A stretch of 26,344 bases of DNA. Origin: Thermovirgaceae bacterium. GTDB lineage: Bacteria > Synergistota > Synergistia > Synergistales > Thermovirgaceae. Below, one piece after another: positions 18,237-26,344 of the stretch. Every line of letters begins with the position of its first letter. The first letter of the stretch is position 1. The notes under the pieces were generated by a model that did no database searches, was not told the origin of the DNA, and saw nothing but the letters and a program-made list of their open reading frames with translations. The stretch covers positions 1 to 26,344 of the forward strand of contig JBKHBH010000025.1 of assembly GCA_046542505.1 (NCBI GenBank), read 5' to 3'. The translations under genes and the position numbers were made by a program.

Positions 18237-18737
18237 TTATTCGACTTTTTTGAAAGCCTGTTTTTTCGCACCGCAGAGCGGGCAGATATCCGGCGCCGAT
18301 TCCTCGGCGATGTGCCCGCAAACCGTGCACAGGTGGAGATCAACGTTCTCGTTGCTGCCAAGGTTTTCGAGAGTCTTCTTGTAAAGTTTTGCATGGATCT
18401 TCTCCGCTTCGATAGCGTATTTGAAAGCCCTGAGCGCCGCCTTGTCCTCTTCTGTTTCAGCGACTTCGATAAATTCCGGATACATTTCGGAGAACTCGTA
18501 GGTTTCGCCCTCAATGGCGGCTTTCAGGTTATCCGCCGTGGAGCCGATCTTGCCCATAGCCTTGAGATGGGCATTGGCATGAATTGACTCTGCTTCAGCC
18601 GTAACGCGGAAAAGTTTCGCCACCTGGGTAAAGCCCTCTTCTTCGGCTTTTTGCGCGAAGGCCGCGTATTTCCTGTTTGCCTGGGACTCTCCCGCGAAGG
18701 CCGCCAGGAGATTCTCGTGGCTCTTGAGTTTACTCAA
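18237..18737 (-). CDS. rbr: rubrerythrin
   Basis: AFAGESQANRKY, EAESIHA, EGETYE, EAEKIH (di-iron ExxH motifs) and rubredoxin-like CTVCGH...CPLCGA. TTG 18737 after GAGGAGGAGG. Confidence 0.93.
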   Translation of the reverse strand: MSKLKSHENLLAAFAGESQANRKYAAFAQKAEEEGFTQVAKLFRVTAEAESIHANAHLKAMGKIGSTADNLKAAIEGETYEFSEMYPEFIEVAETEEDKAALRAFKYAIEAEKIHAKLYKKTLENLGSNENVDLHLCTVCGHIAEESAPDICPLCGAKKQAFKKVE

Positions 18738-18780
18738 AGAGATCCCTCCTCCTCGTGTCTGCTTTCTCAAAGCATCAATT

Positions 18781-18809
18781 TTTTTATCACAGGTTTTTTG
18801 CTTCCGCAA
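18781..18809 (-). promoter_or_regulatory. putative promoter for rbr-tpx
   Basis: Minus strand TTGCGG-17 nt-TAAAAA with a TGn extension in AT-rich intergenic DNA; imperfect match. Confidence 0.3.
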
Positions 18810-18861
18810 GCCCCAAGCATTTTTTACAAATTTTCGGACGAGTCTGTCTGAAAGACCGTGA

Positions 18862-20064
18862 TCAGAACCAGCGATTGTAGGTTAACCCGATGATATGGGT
18901 ATCGCCGTTGGTAAGACTCGAATCAGCGATACCGTCCGATGGACGGGCCGAAATATTCCTGTCTTCAATGGAAATGTAGGTATAGGAGAGGTCCACCGAA
19001 CTTTTTTCATTCCACTTGTACCCGACTCCCATGGAGTACAGGTGCCGGTCGCTCGCAGGAAGCTGATAATCGATGGTGGTGTCTGGAATCGGAGACTCGT
19101 CATAGACATAACTCAGGCGGCAGGTCCACTGCGGCGTGGCTTCCCATTCGATACCGAAGTTGTAGCGCCAGACGTCCTCGTAGTTTTTTGGCGTCGACAC
19201 AACCTTCATCGGGTTTTGCGGATCCCCGTATACAATCGTCAAGGTATCGTAGGAACTCCAGTTCGTTCGAACGGCTCCGATTTCAAATGAAAGCCTGTCG
19301 GTAGGGTCAAAACTGAACCCGGCAAAAAACATTTCAGGAAGCGTGATATCTCCCCGTGCCGGACCGTCGGGCAGGATGCCGGAAAAAGAGGCATCCCCCT
19401 TGATTGTCTGTTTGACTTCATTGCGGTATGAAAAGCCGAATTTCACCCTTTCGCCCAGCCTCTTCAACAAACCGAGATTCCATCCCCAGCCTATATTGTC
19501 GCCTTTGAGCAGGATGTCCCTGTCATACGGGAAAAACCGTTTTTTCGCTTCATATTCGAACCACATGGCCTCAACGCCCAGCGAAACCGACAGCGAATCG
19601 GAAAGTTTCCATGCAATATTCGGATTCACCGAAACACTTTGAATCGCCGCATAATAGCTGTTATATCTTCCAAACCAATCGGGGGCAAACTCCGTTCCGA
19701 GGCCGAACCTGGACATCACTCCCACACCCAGCCACGCACAGTCCGAAATCTGTCGTGTATAAAAAAAATGAGGAGGAACCCAGGTGTTCGACAGGGATCC
19801 CGTCGTCATTCCGCCGGAACCGACATCCACCGATGGCATTATGAAGGATGCTCCCGCAGAGAAGGCTGTACCGGGAATCTGCGTGATGCCCGCCGGGTTG
19901 AAGGCTATCGCCGAGGGGTCGTCTGCCCTTCCGACCATTGCGCCGCCGAGGGCGTTCCCACGTGCGCTGAATTCGTAGAGGGCGAATCCGGCCGCATCAG
20001 CTTTGACCGCGCTAAAAAAGACCAGTAAAAAAACCAAAAGGAAAAAGCCGCCTTTCTTTTTCAC
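18862..20064 (-). CDS. FadL/OmpP1/TodX-family outer-membrane transporter
   Basis: Signal peptide then AGFALYEFSARGNALGGA, DDPSAIAFNPAG hatch motif, RFGLGTEF, amphipathic beta strands, C-terminal Phe. GTG 20064 after AAGGAGG. Confidence 0.9.
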   Translation of the reverse strand: MKKKGGFFLLVFLLVFFSAVKADAAGFALYEFSARGNALGGAMVGRADDPSAIAFNPAGITQIPGTAFSAGASFIMPSVDVGSGGMTTGSLSNTWVPPHFFYTRQISDCAWLGVGVMSRFGLGTEFAPDWFGRYNSYYAAIQSVSVNPNIAWKLSDSLSVSLGVEAMWFEYEAKKRFFPYDRDILLKGDNIGWGWNLGLLKRLGERVKFGFSYRNEVKQTIKGDASFSGILPDGPARGDITLPEMFFAGFSFDPTDRLSFEIGAVRTNWSSYDTLTIVYGDPQNPMKVVSTPKNYEDVWRYNFGIEWEATPQWTCRLSYVYDESPIPDTTIDYQLPASDRHLYSMGVGYKWNEKSSVDLSYTYISIEDRNISARPSDGIADSSLTNGDTHIIGLTYNRWF

Positions 20065-20187
20065 GAGCAACCGCCTCCTTGTTCTCCTTCGTGTCGAAAT
20101 CAATTTCACAATACCGTCGTTGTAAAACCTCGCGACTATACATATCGTAATGCTCAAAAACCTGCCGAAACGGATAGGGGGATATGA

Positions 20188-20224
20188 AACTGGCGGCACG
20201 ATCCATATCCCCGTGCCGCCAGTT
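20188..20224 (-). terminator. probable terminator hairpin after homoserine dehydrogenase
   Basis: 13-bp perfect inverted repeat AACTGGCGGCACG / CGTGCCGCCAGTT, 25 nt past the stop codon, with only a short T tail on the minus strand. Confidence 0.65.
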
Positions 20225-20249
20225 AGTTTGAATATTTTGCTTTCAATTG

Positions 20250-21278
20250 TCAGTGCGTAACCCGCTGCAGGGTGAGGAGGTCATCCAGCACGCCATAAGC
20301 GGTGTCGTAAAGGGTCGGTTCCTCCTGTGTCACCAGGATCGGTCCCATGAGGTCCGTTTCTATTCTCAGGACCGCACCGCCGCCTGAAACCGCAGCGTAA
20401 TGGTGACTACTCGAAACTTCCTCCACCCTAACCGTTGCCCTGACGACGCCGCCTTCCGGTTTCGCCCTGCATAGGAGTTTCAGGCGGCAGCCTTTTGCCA
20501 GAGCCTTGGCGACATCATCTTCCGTCAATCCACTGATCCCGGAACGGACCACATCATAAGGCGTTATCCTTGCACCCATCAGGACATTCGCAAGTGCCGC
20601 CGTCTTGGCGGCGGCATCCCATCCGTCAAGGTCATGAGACGGGTCAGCCTCGGCAACACCGATGCGCTGAGCCTCCGTGACGGCTTCTTTTAAAGAAACA
20701 CCCTGTTCCATTTTTGTGAGGATGAAATTAGTCGTCGAATTGAAGATCCCCTCCACGCCGGTAACAGTACAGCCTTTTAGGGCACACCGGGCGAGATTGA
20801 AGACAGGAGCTCCGTCCATGACAACCGTTTCATGCAAAAAACGGCTGCCCTTTTCGTTCGCAAGCCCGGCGAGTTCGGCGTAACTGAAGGCAACAGGCCC
20901 CTTGTTAGCGGAAACGACATGTCTCCCCCGTGAAAGGGCTGCCCGTATGTGCGAAACGGCGGGTTCGCCCCTGTCTTCTATGGAGAGGGTCGATAATTCC
21001 ACAAGCACGTCGTATTCAAGCCCTTGCGCGGCTTCAAGGGCTCCCGTTTCCGAGTAGGCCGGCGAGTCAGTGGCGAACATTCCCCGATCTTCTATCATGG
21101 AAAGCGCCTCATTGAAGTCGAGGCCTCCAGGATTTGTCAGAGCCCCCCTGCTCCGTGTGACAATTCCTACGGGTACGATCTCGAGGTCTTCAAGGCGCGG
21201 GAATCGTTCTTTTTCCCTCGAAAGTATTGAGGCGAGCTTTCGGCCCACATTCCCGAATCCGATAAAAAGAGCTTTCAT
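20250..21278 (-). CDS. hom: homoserine dehydrogenase (short form, no ACT domain)
   Basis: GFGNVG Rossmann motif, VSANKGP, GIFNSTTNFIL, AEADPSHDLDGWDAAAK, TAYGVLDD; ATGA overlap with the upstream gene. Confidence 0.85.
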   Translation of the reverse strand: MKALFIGFGNVGRKLASILSREKERFPRLEDLEIVPVGIVTRSRGALTNPGGLDFNEALSMIEDRGMFATDSPAYSETGALEAAQGLEYDVLVELSTLSIEDRGEPAVSHIRAALSRGRHVVSANKGPVAFSYAELAGLANEKGSRFLHETVVMDGAPVFNLARCALKGCTVTGVEGIFNSTTNFILTKMEQGVSLKEAVTEAQRIGVAEADPSHDLDGWDAAAKTAALANVLMGARITPYDVVRSGISGLTEDDVAKALAKGCRLKLLCRAKPEGGVVRATVRVEEVSSSHHYAAVSGGGAVLRIETDLMGPILVTQEEPTLYDTAYGVLDDLLTLQRVTH

Positions 21279-22534
21279 TCCTTGTTTCCTTCAAAGTCTT
21301 CCGAGGCAATTTCCTTGACGGCGTCGAGGAGCCGCCTGACCTCTTCTACCGTATTGTACAGAGAGATTCCGACACGGGTGACGCCGCCTTTTTCAAGCAG
21401 TCCGAGGACTTCGATAGGCCTGATCCCGTAGAAATGTCCGTCCCAGGCACAGATTCCCTTTTCATTCAAACTGGAACATACTTCGATGGGATCTTTGCCT
21501 TTCATGGTGAAAGATACCGTCGGCGTCCGCTCTCCTGTACCAAAGGAGGGCCCCACAACAGTGACTCCGGCGATTTCCCGCAACCCGTCGTAAATCTGTT
21601 TTGCGAGAATGTGTTCGTATTCGGCAAGACGATTCATGGCGGAAACGATTTTTTCCCTTAGGTCCTCCCCTTCGCCAAAGGACGCAATGTATTCGACGGC
21701 TGCACCCGTACCGGAAATAGCGGCATGGTTCAGCGTTCCCGTTTCGATGCTGTAGGGAGCATGTTGCTCTTGGGTCCGAAGGCGATAGGCGGGAATCGAA
21801 TCAAGTAACCCTTCCTTGCTGTACAGGATTCCAATATGCGGTCCATAGAATTTGTAGGCGGAACAGAGGAGAAAATCGATTCCGAGTTCACTGACGTCAA
21901 TCGGGAAATGAGGGGCGTAATGAACGGCATCGACGAGCAGCCATGCGCCGACCTGATAAGTCATTTGTCTGACCCTCACGATGTCATTGACGGTTCCTGT
22001 TGTGTTTGCCGACAATCCCATGGCAACAAGCCGTGTGTTTTCGTTGAGTTTCGTCTCCAGGTCATCATAGTCCAGCGTCGCATCTTCCCTGATGCAGATT
22101 TCCCGAACGATGATACCTTCTTCCCTGAGAGCGAGCCACGGTCCACGGTTCGCTTCGTGATCCAGTTGGGTGATCAGGATTTCGTCGCCGGGCTGAAAAT
22201 GCTTTCCAAGGGCCCGGCTGAGCATGTAGTTCAGTGTCGTCATATTGTGGCCGAAAGAAATCTGCTTTCCTCTTGGGGCACCCAAAAAGCTTGCCACTTT
22301 TTCGCGGGTCTTTTCGATCATCGCGTCTGATTCGTTTGTCGTGATGAAAAAGCCGTGAGTGTTGGAATTGCAGGTCTTGTAATACCAGGATACGGCATCA
22401 ATAACCTGCTGAGGTACCTGCGTACCTCCCGGACCGTCCAGGTATGCAAGGGAATAGCCATTGTGCTTCCGTTCAAGAGAGGGGAATTCCTTTCGCCGTT
22501 CGATAAAATCTTTGAATTTGTCAAGGCTGGTCAT
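21275..22534 (-). CDS. class-V PLP enzyme, cysteine desulfurase-like (TIGR01976/VC1184 subfamily)
   Basis: YLDGPGGTQVP, LDHEAN, VDAVHYAPH, CSAYKFYGPH (PLP Lys), ETGT, RTPTVSF; WDGHFY stands where SufS has RxGHHCA. Confidence 0.88.
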   Translation of the reverse strand: MTSLDKFKDFIERRKEFPSLERKHNGYSLAYLDGPGGTQVPQQVIDAVSWYYKTCNSNTHGFFITTNESDAMIEKTREKVASFLGAPRGKQISFGHNMTTLNYMLSRALGKHFQPGDEILITQLDHEANRGPWLALREEGIIVREICIREDATLDYDDLETKLNENTRLVAMGLSANTTGTVNDIVRVRQMTYQVGAWLLVDAVHYAPHFPIDVSELGIDFLLCSAYKFYGPHIGILYSKEGLLDSIPAYRLRTQEQHAPYSIETGTLNHAAISGTGAAVEYIASFGEGEDLREKIVSAMNRLAEYEHILAKQIYDGLREIAGVTVVGPSFGTGERTPTVSFTMKGKDPIEVCSSLNEKGICAWDGHFYGIRPIEVLGLLEKGGVTRVGISLYNTVEEVRRLLDAVKEIASEDFEGNKE

Positions 22535-22586
22535 GAATCATTCTCCTTTTTTTAAGTTTTTCTCATTCGCGACGCGTTTATGTTAC

Positions 22587-22616
22587 AAGGTATACCATAA
22601 GTTCCTGGTGTTTCAA
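22587..22616 (-). promoter_or_regulatory. putative promoter for the PLP enzyme-hom pair
   Basis: Minus strand TTGAAA followed after 16 nt by (TGG)TATACC, or after 18 nt by TACCTT. Confidence 0.35.
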
Positions 22617-22686
22617 AAGAAGCTACGGCGGATGCAGAGACACCAACCACGTCCAGCCGAATCTGTTTCAGGAGGGAGTACTGCCT

Positions 22687-23283
22687 GTGAATTCCGAGAG
22701 AATTGCACGCATTATTGATTTCCTTTTTTTGGTCGACCGGGTAAAGACCATTGAGAGAGCCGGCTACGTTGGAGAAACGGGCCGCCATGAAAATGACGCG
22801 GAACATATGTGGCATACCGCTTTGTGGGCCATGCTGCTTCAAGGTGAGGTCGATATGTCTGTTGACCTTGGTCACGTCCTGTGTCTCATTCTGGTTCACG
22901 ATCTTGTCGAAATCTACGCAGGCGACACTTACGCCTACGATACTAAAGGCGTTTCCACACAGGAGCACCGTGAGAAAATGGCCGCGGAAAAATTGTTTTC
23001 CCGGCTGCCGGAAGACCTCGGAACCTGGCTGCATGAACTCTGGGGAGAATTCGAAGCCGCAGAGACACCTGATGCCCGCTTTGCGAAGTCCCTTGATCAC
23101 CTCCAGGGATTTTCACAAAACTGCATTTCCGGCGGCAGGTCCTGGAAAGAAAACGGTATAGGCAAAGAGCGCACCTTTTCGAGAACGGACCTTCCGCGCC
23201 GTACCGACCCAGTGCTCGCGGAAATCGTATCGGGGCTCTATCTAATCGCCGATACGTCCGGGGCATGGCCGGAAGAGGAATAA
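22687..23283 (+). CDS. HD-domain metal-dependent phosphohydrolase (HD_3/HDDC2-like)
   Basis: ENDAEHMWH, LVHDLVEIYAGD, LWGEFE, AKSLD; GTG after AGGAGGGAG. Confidence 0.88.
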   Translation: MNSERIARIIDFLFLVDRVKTIERAGYVGETGRHENDAEHMWHTALWAMLLQGEVDMSVDLGHVLCLILVHDLVEIYAGDTYAYDTKGVSTQEHREKMAAEKLFSRLPEDLGTWLHELWGEFEAAETPDARFAKSLDHLQGFSQNCISGGRSWKENGIGKERTFSRTDLPRRTDPVLAEIVSGLYLIADTSGAWPEEE

Positions 23284-23295
23284 AACGACCGGGAA

Positions 23296-24453
23296 TCAGC
23301 CCTGCATGAGGACCTCCAGCACGTTCAGATAGTCGGTGATCTCCATCGGCCGGGGGTTGCTCGAATTGCTCCCGTTTCTGACGGATTTTTCAGCGATTTC
23401 CTGCAGGTCTTTTTCCTGGACGCCGAGGGAACGGAAGTCCGGCAAACCAACGTCACGGGCCATACGTTTCACTTCGTCCACTGCCGCTTTTGCCCCTTCT
23501 TCGTTTTCGTCGAAGGCGATTCCCATCGCCTTGGCAATTTGTGCATACCCTTGTGTACACCATTCGAGGTTATATTCCATCACCGCAGGGAGTACAATTG
23601 CATTGCAGGCGCCGTGCGGCGCATCGTACATGCCGCCCAGGGCTTCGGCAATGCAATGCACCGAGGCCACATCGGAGTGACTGAAGGCGATGCCTGCAAG
23701 AAGGCTTCCCACGAGCATTCCGGACCTAGCGGTTTCATCGCTTCCATCCTGCACGGCGCGCCTTATGTTTCGTGAGATGTAGGACACCGCTTCGAGAGCG
23801 CAGGCATCGGCTATAGGTTCAGACACGAGAGCTGTATATCCCTCGATGGCGTGGGTCAGTGCATCCATTCCGGTTGAAGCCGTCAGCGACGCCGGCATTG
23901 ACGCGGTCAAAAGCGGATCGGCAAGAGCCACTCTTGGAGCGATCGCAGTATCGCGTATGCTGAACTTGAAGGATTCCTCCGTGTCTGTGATCACCGCGCT
24001 GAAAGTGACTTCACTTCCTGTTCCCGCCGTTGTTGGAACGGCAACAACAGGAGTTATCCGTGCGCTGACATTTCCCCTTCCTTCATAGTCCCGAGCCTTT
24101 CCGCCGAGAGAGCCGACAACGGCCATGGCCTTGGCGCAATCGATGGGACTTCCGCCTCCTACTGCAACGATCGCATCAGCTTTCATCCTGGCAAGGACCC
24201 TTGCTCCCGATTCGATGTTTTTGTCTTTCGGATTTGCTTCGACGTCGTCGAAAATCTCGAAGCCGATACCGCCTCCTTCAAGGTGTTTCTCAACCTCGCC
24301 CAGTATCCCTGCTTTTCTTACGCCTGGGTCGGTGACCAAAAGAACATTTTTCACCTGAAGGTCTTCAAGCACACCAGGAAGTTTCGAAAGGCATCCTCTT
24401 CCGAACTCGATCCGGGTAGGCAGCACAAAACTGAATTTTTTCTCCTCGTTCAT
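23296..24453 (-). CDS. iron-containing (family III) alcohol dehydrogenase
   Basis: PTRIEFG, VEANP, GGGSPID, PTTAGTGSE, MDALTHAIE, VH...PHG. ATG 24453 after AGGAGG. Confidence 0.92.
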   Translation of the reverse strand: MNEEKKFSFVLPTRIEFGRGCLSKLPGVLEDLQVKNVLLVTDPGVRKAGILGEVEKHLEGGGIGFEIFDDVEANPKDKNIESGARVLARMKADAIVAVGGGSPIDCAKAMAVVGSLGGKARDYEGRGNVSARITPVVAVPTTAGTGSEVTFSAVITDTEESFKFSIRDTAIAPRVALADPLLTASMPASLTASTGMDALTHAIEGYTALVSEPIADACALEAVSYISRNIRRAVQDGSDETARSGMLVGSLLAGIAFSHSDVASVHCIAEALGGMYDAPHGACNAIVLPAVMEYNLEWCTQGYAQIAKAMGIAFDENEEGAKAAVDEVKRMARDVGLPDFRSLGVQEKDLQEIAEKSVRNGSNSSNPRPMEITDYLNVLEVLMQG

Positions 24454-24578
24454 GAGTAGGCCTCCTGCTCTGACAAAATATACTGAAAATAGTATACATG
24501 ACTGGAAGAAATGACGCACGGGTTGTAGGATAAAAATCCGGATGGAGTGTGGCCAGTGAAAAGGAAAGAGGATAAATC

Positions 24579-25835
24579 ATGACTCCTTTTGACGTTTGTG
24601 TTATCGGGGCAGGCCCTGCAGGACTAATGGCGGCAATAGCCTCCTCCGCTGCCGGCGCAAGAGTTATTTTGATTGAAAAAAACCCTGAAGCCGGCGAGAA
24701 ACTTTTGCTGACAGGCAAAGGACGATGCAATCTTGCTCACGCCGTAAAATCGAAAAAAGAGATCATCGAAGCCTTCCGGGAAAACGGCCGATTCCTGCAT
24801 TCCGCCCTTTCCAGATTCGGCCTCGAGGAAACCCTTGACTTTTTTGCGTCACTCCGTCTTTCCCTCAAAACGGAACGAGGGAACCGTGTTTTCCCGAGTC
24901 CTGACAACGCACAAGACGTCAGAAACCGGCTTATGGAGGCTTTCCACCAAAGTGGAGGCATTTTCCGGGGCCGTTCGCCTGTAGCGGACCTCACCGCCGA
25001 AGACGGAAAAATCACCGGCGCCGTTCTCCATGGCGGTTCCACCATCGAGGCCGGGCAATTCATCGTGACAACTGGCGGACTTTCGTACCCACGGACGGGT
25101 TCGACCGGAGACGGGTACAGATGGGCAAAAGCCATGGGACATACCGTCAACGAGACAATCCCCGCCCTGGTACCTGTCAGACTGGCAGATGAATGGATCC
25201 CCGAAGTGTCAGGCCTGTCGTTAAAGAACGTCCGTCTGACCCTTTTCACGGGAAAGACAGAAAGTGAATCCCGCTTCGGAGACCTTGACTTTACGCCTTT
25301 TGGGATCAGCGGCCCTATAGGTATGGATTTATCCCGAGCCATAGGAAAAGCTTTGAGAAACAATCGAAAAACATCCCTGAGCCTTGACCTGAAGCCAGCA
25401 ATGGACGCCCCGATGCTTGACAAAAGACTGCTCCGTGAACTTGACAAAACAGCAAAAGGCGACTTCGGAACGGTTCTGAAGGCCCTTCTGCCCCGAAAGC
25501 TGATCGTTCCTTTCGCCCGGCTCTGCTCAATCCGGATTGAACGGAAGGCGGCGACATTGACCAAAAAGGAAAGGCTTCAGGTTCTCAGGCTGCTGAAAGC
25601 CCTTCCACTGAAGCCTTTGTCCCTGCTCGGCTTCGAATGGTCTCTCGTCACTTCCGGCGGCATCGCGCTCGACGAGGTTGATCCGCGGACCATGGCATCG
25701 AAGCTGGTCGAAAACCTCTATTTTGCAGGGGAAATACTCGACCTCGATGCTCCCACCGGCGGGTACAACCTCCAGGCGTGCTGGACCACTGGGCATGTGG
25801 CCGGAGTCTCTGCGGCTTATGGGGCTCCACCCTGA
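24579..25835 (+). CDS. HI0933/YhiN/BaiN-family NAD(P)/FAD-dependent oxidoreductase
   Basis: IGAGPAGLMAA, KLLLTGKGRCN, RVFP, TGGLSYPRTGSTGDGY, GISGP, VTSGG, AGEILDLDAPTGGYNLQ. Confidence 0.92.
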   Translation: MTPFDVCVIGAGPAGLMAAIASSAAGARVILIEKNPEAGEKLLLTGKGRCNLAHAVKSKKEIIEAFRENGRFLHSALSRFGLEETLDFFASLRLSLKTERGNRVFPSPDNAQDVRNRLMEAFHQSGGIFRGRSPVADLTAEDGKITGAVLHGGSTIEAGQFIVTTGGLSYPRTGSTGDGYRWAKAMGHTVNETIPALVPVRLADEWIPEVSGLSLKNVRLTLFTGKTESESRFGDLDFTPFGISGPIGMDLSRAIGKALRNNRKTSLSLDLKPAMDAPMLDKRLLRELDKTAKGDFGTVLKALLPRKLIVPFARLCSIRIERKAATLTKKERLQVLRLLKALPLKPLSLLGFEWSLVTSGGIALDEVDPRTMASKLVENLYFAGEILDLDAPTGGYNLQACWTTGHVAGVSAAYGAPP

Positions 25836-26344
25836 TCACAGGAACTCGTAATCGGCCGGGTCGACGATACCCTTCGGTTTCTCGCCTTTAAGGAACCTGT
25901 GCACGTTCTCCGCAGCGCGCCGTACGGCAATCGGATATATCTCCGGGACTAGATTGGTGTTGTGGGGAGACCCCAGAATGTTTTCAAGCTTGAAAAATGG
26001 ATATTTTAGCTTAAATTCACCGTGAACGTGCGGCTCGACCCACCAGGCATCTATCCCCACCTTGAAATCGGGGTTTTCTACCATGTGTTCATAAAGCGCC
26101 TTTTCCTCGATAATCGGTCCCCTGGCGGGGTTGATAAGAATTGCGTCGGGTTTCATTGCTTCGAGTTCCTTTTTCGTGATGAGCCCTTTCGTATACCTTG
26201 TCAACGGGACGGAAACAACAACCACGTCCGATTTCGAAAGCACCCGGCCCAGATCAGCCATTGTTCCGATAAATTCCACGCTTTCATCGGTCTGTCCGCT
26301 GGTGTTTATGGCCATGATTTTCATTCCAAAAGCCTTCATGAGCC
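25836..26344 (-). CDS. D-2-hydroxyacid dehydrogenase family protein (C-terminal part; the 5' end lies outside the window)
   Basis: KAFGMK, SDVVVVSVPLT..TKGLI, MKPDAILINPARG, DAWWVEP, SPH; the frame stays open to the window edge. Confidence 0.88.
   Translation of the reverse strand, partial: LMKAFGMKIMAINTSGQTDESVEFIGTMADLGRVLSKSDVVVVSVPLTRYTKGLITKKELEAMKPDAILINPARGPIIEEKALYEHMVENPDFKVGIDAWWVEPHVHGEFKLKYPFFKLENILGSPHNTNLVPEIYPIAVRRAAENVHRFLKGEKPKGIVDPADYEFL

Noticed and set aside
20093..20111. Rex-like operator upstream of the FadL gene (TTGTGAA on the minus strand)
   Set aside because: Only one half-site matches TTGTGAA-N4-TTCACAA.
21275..22534. Calling the PLP gene sufS or iscS
   Set aside because: The catalytic Cys motif is absent and there are no suf or isc neighbours.
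24737..25564. 275-aa minus-strand ORF (likewise 17997-18587 and 22552-23100)
   Set aside because: Antisense to clearly identified genes; no independent coding evidence.
1..26344. CRISPR arrays, IS elements or integrases, tRNA/rRNA, defence systems
   Set aside because: No spaced direct repeats, transposase or integrase motifs, or structural RNA signatures seen; nearly all of the sequence is accounted for by the listed CDSs.

Overview
Bacterial chromosomal segment of housekeeping and metabolic genes with no mobile element, CRISPR array or RNA gene that I can see. The split purS/purQ/purL, an outer-membrane FadL porin, rubrerythrin and many amino-acid enzymes suggest a diderm anaerobe, possibly Synergistota (inference only). 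In order: a minus-strand LIV-type ABC transporter operon (livK-H-M-G-F like), divergent from a de novo purine operon purC-S-Q-L-F-M-N-H-D-E that lacks purK and purB; a hidden TIGR01212/YhcC-family radical SAM gene; a small membrane ORF; Ser/Thr dehydratase; thiol peroxidase and rubrerythrin; FadL; homoserine dehydrogenase coupled to a class-V PLP 'cysteine desulfurase-like' gene; HD hydrolase; Fe-alcohol dehydrogenase; HI0933/YhiN flavoprotein; and a truncated D-2-hydroxyacid dehydrogenase. The most notable observation is the radical SAM reading frame (15227-16192), of which the ORF track shows only the last 68 codons. It is intact, follows the purE UGA in the same frame, has no ATG/GTG/TTG for about 250 codons and contains no Met codon at all. 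An ATT lies 9 nt after a strong SD, and a hairpin lies just downstream of the UGA. This points to AUU initiation, UGA readthrough or a lost start codon.
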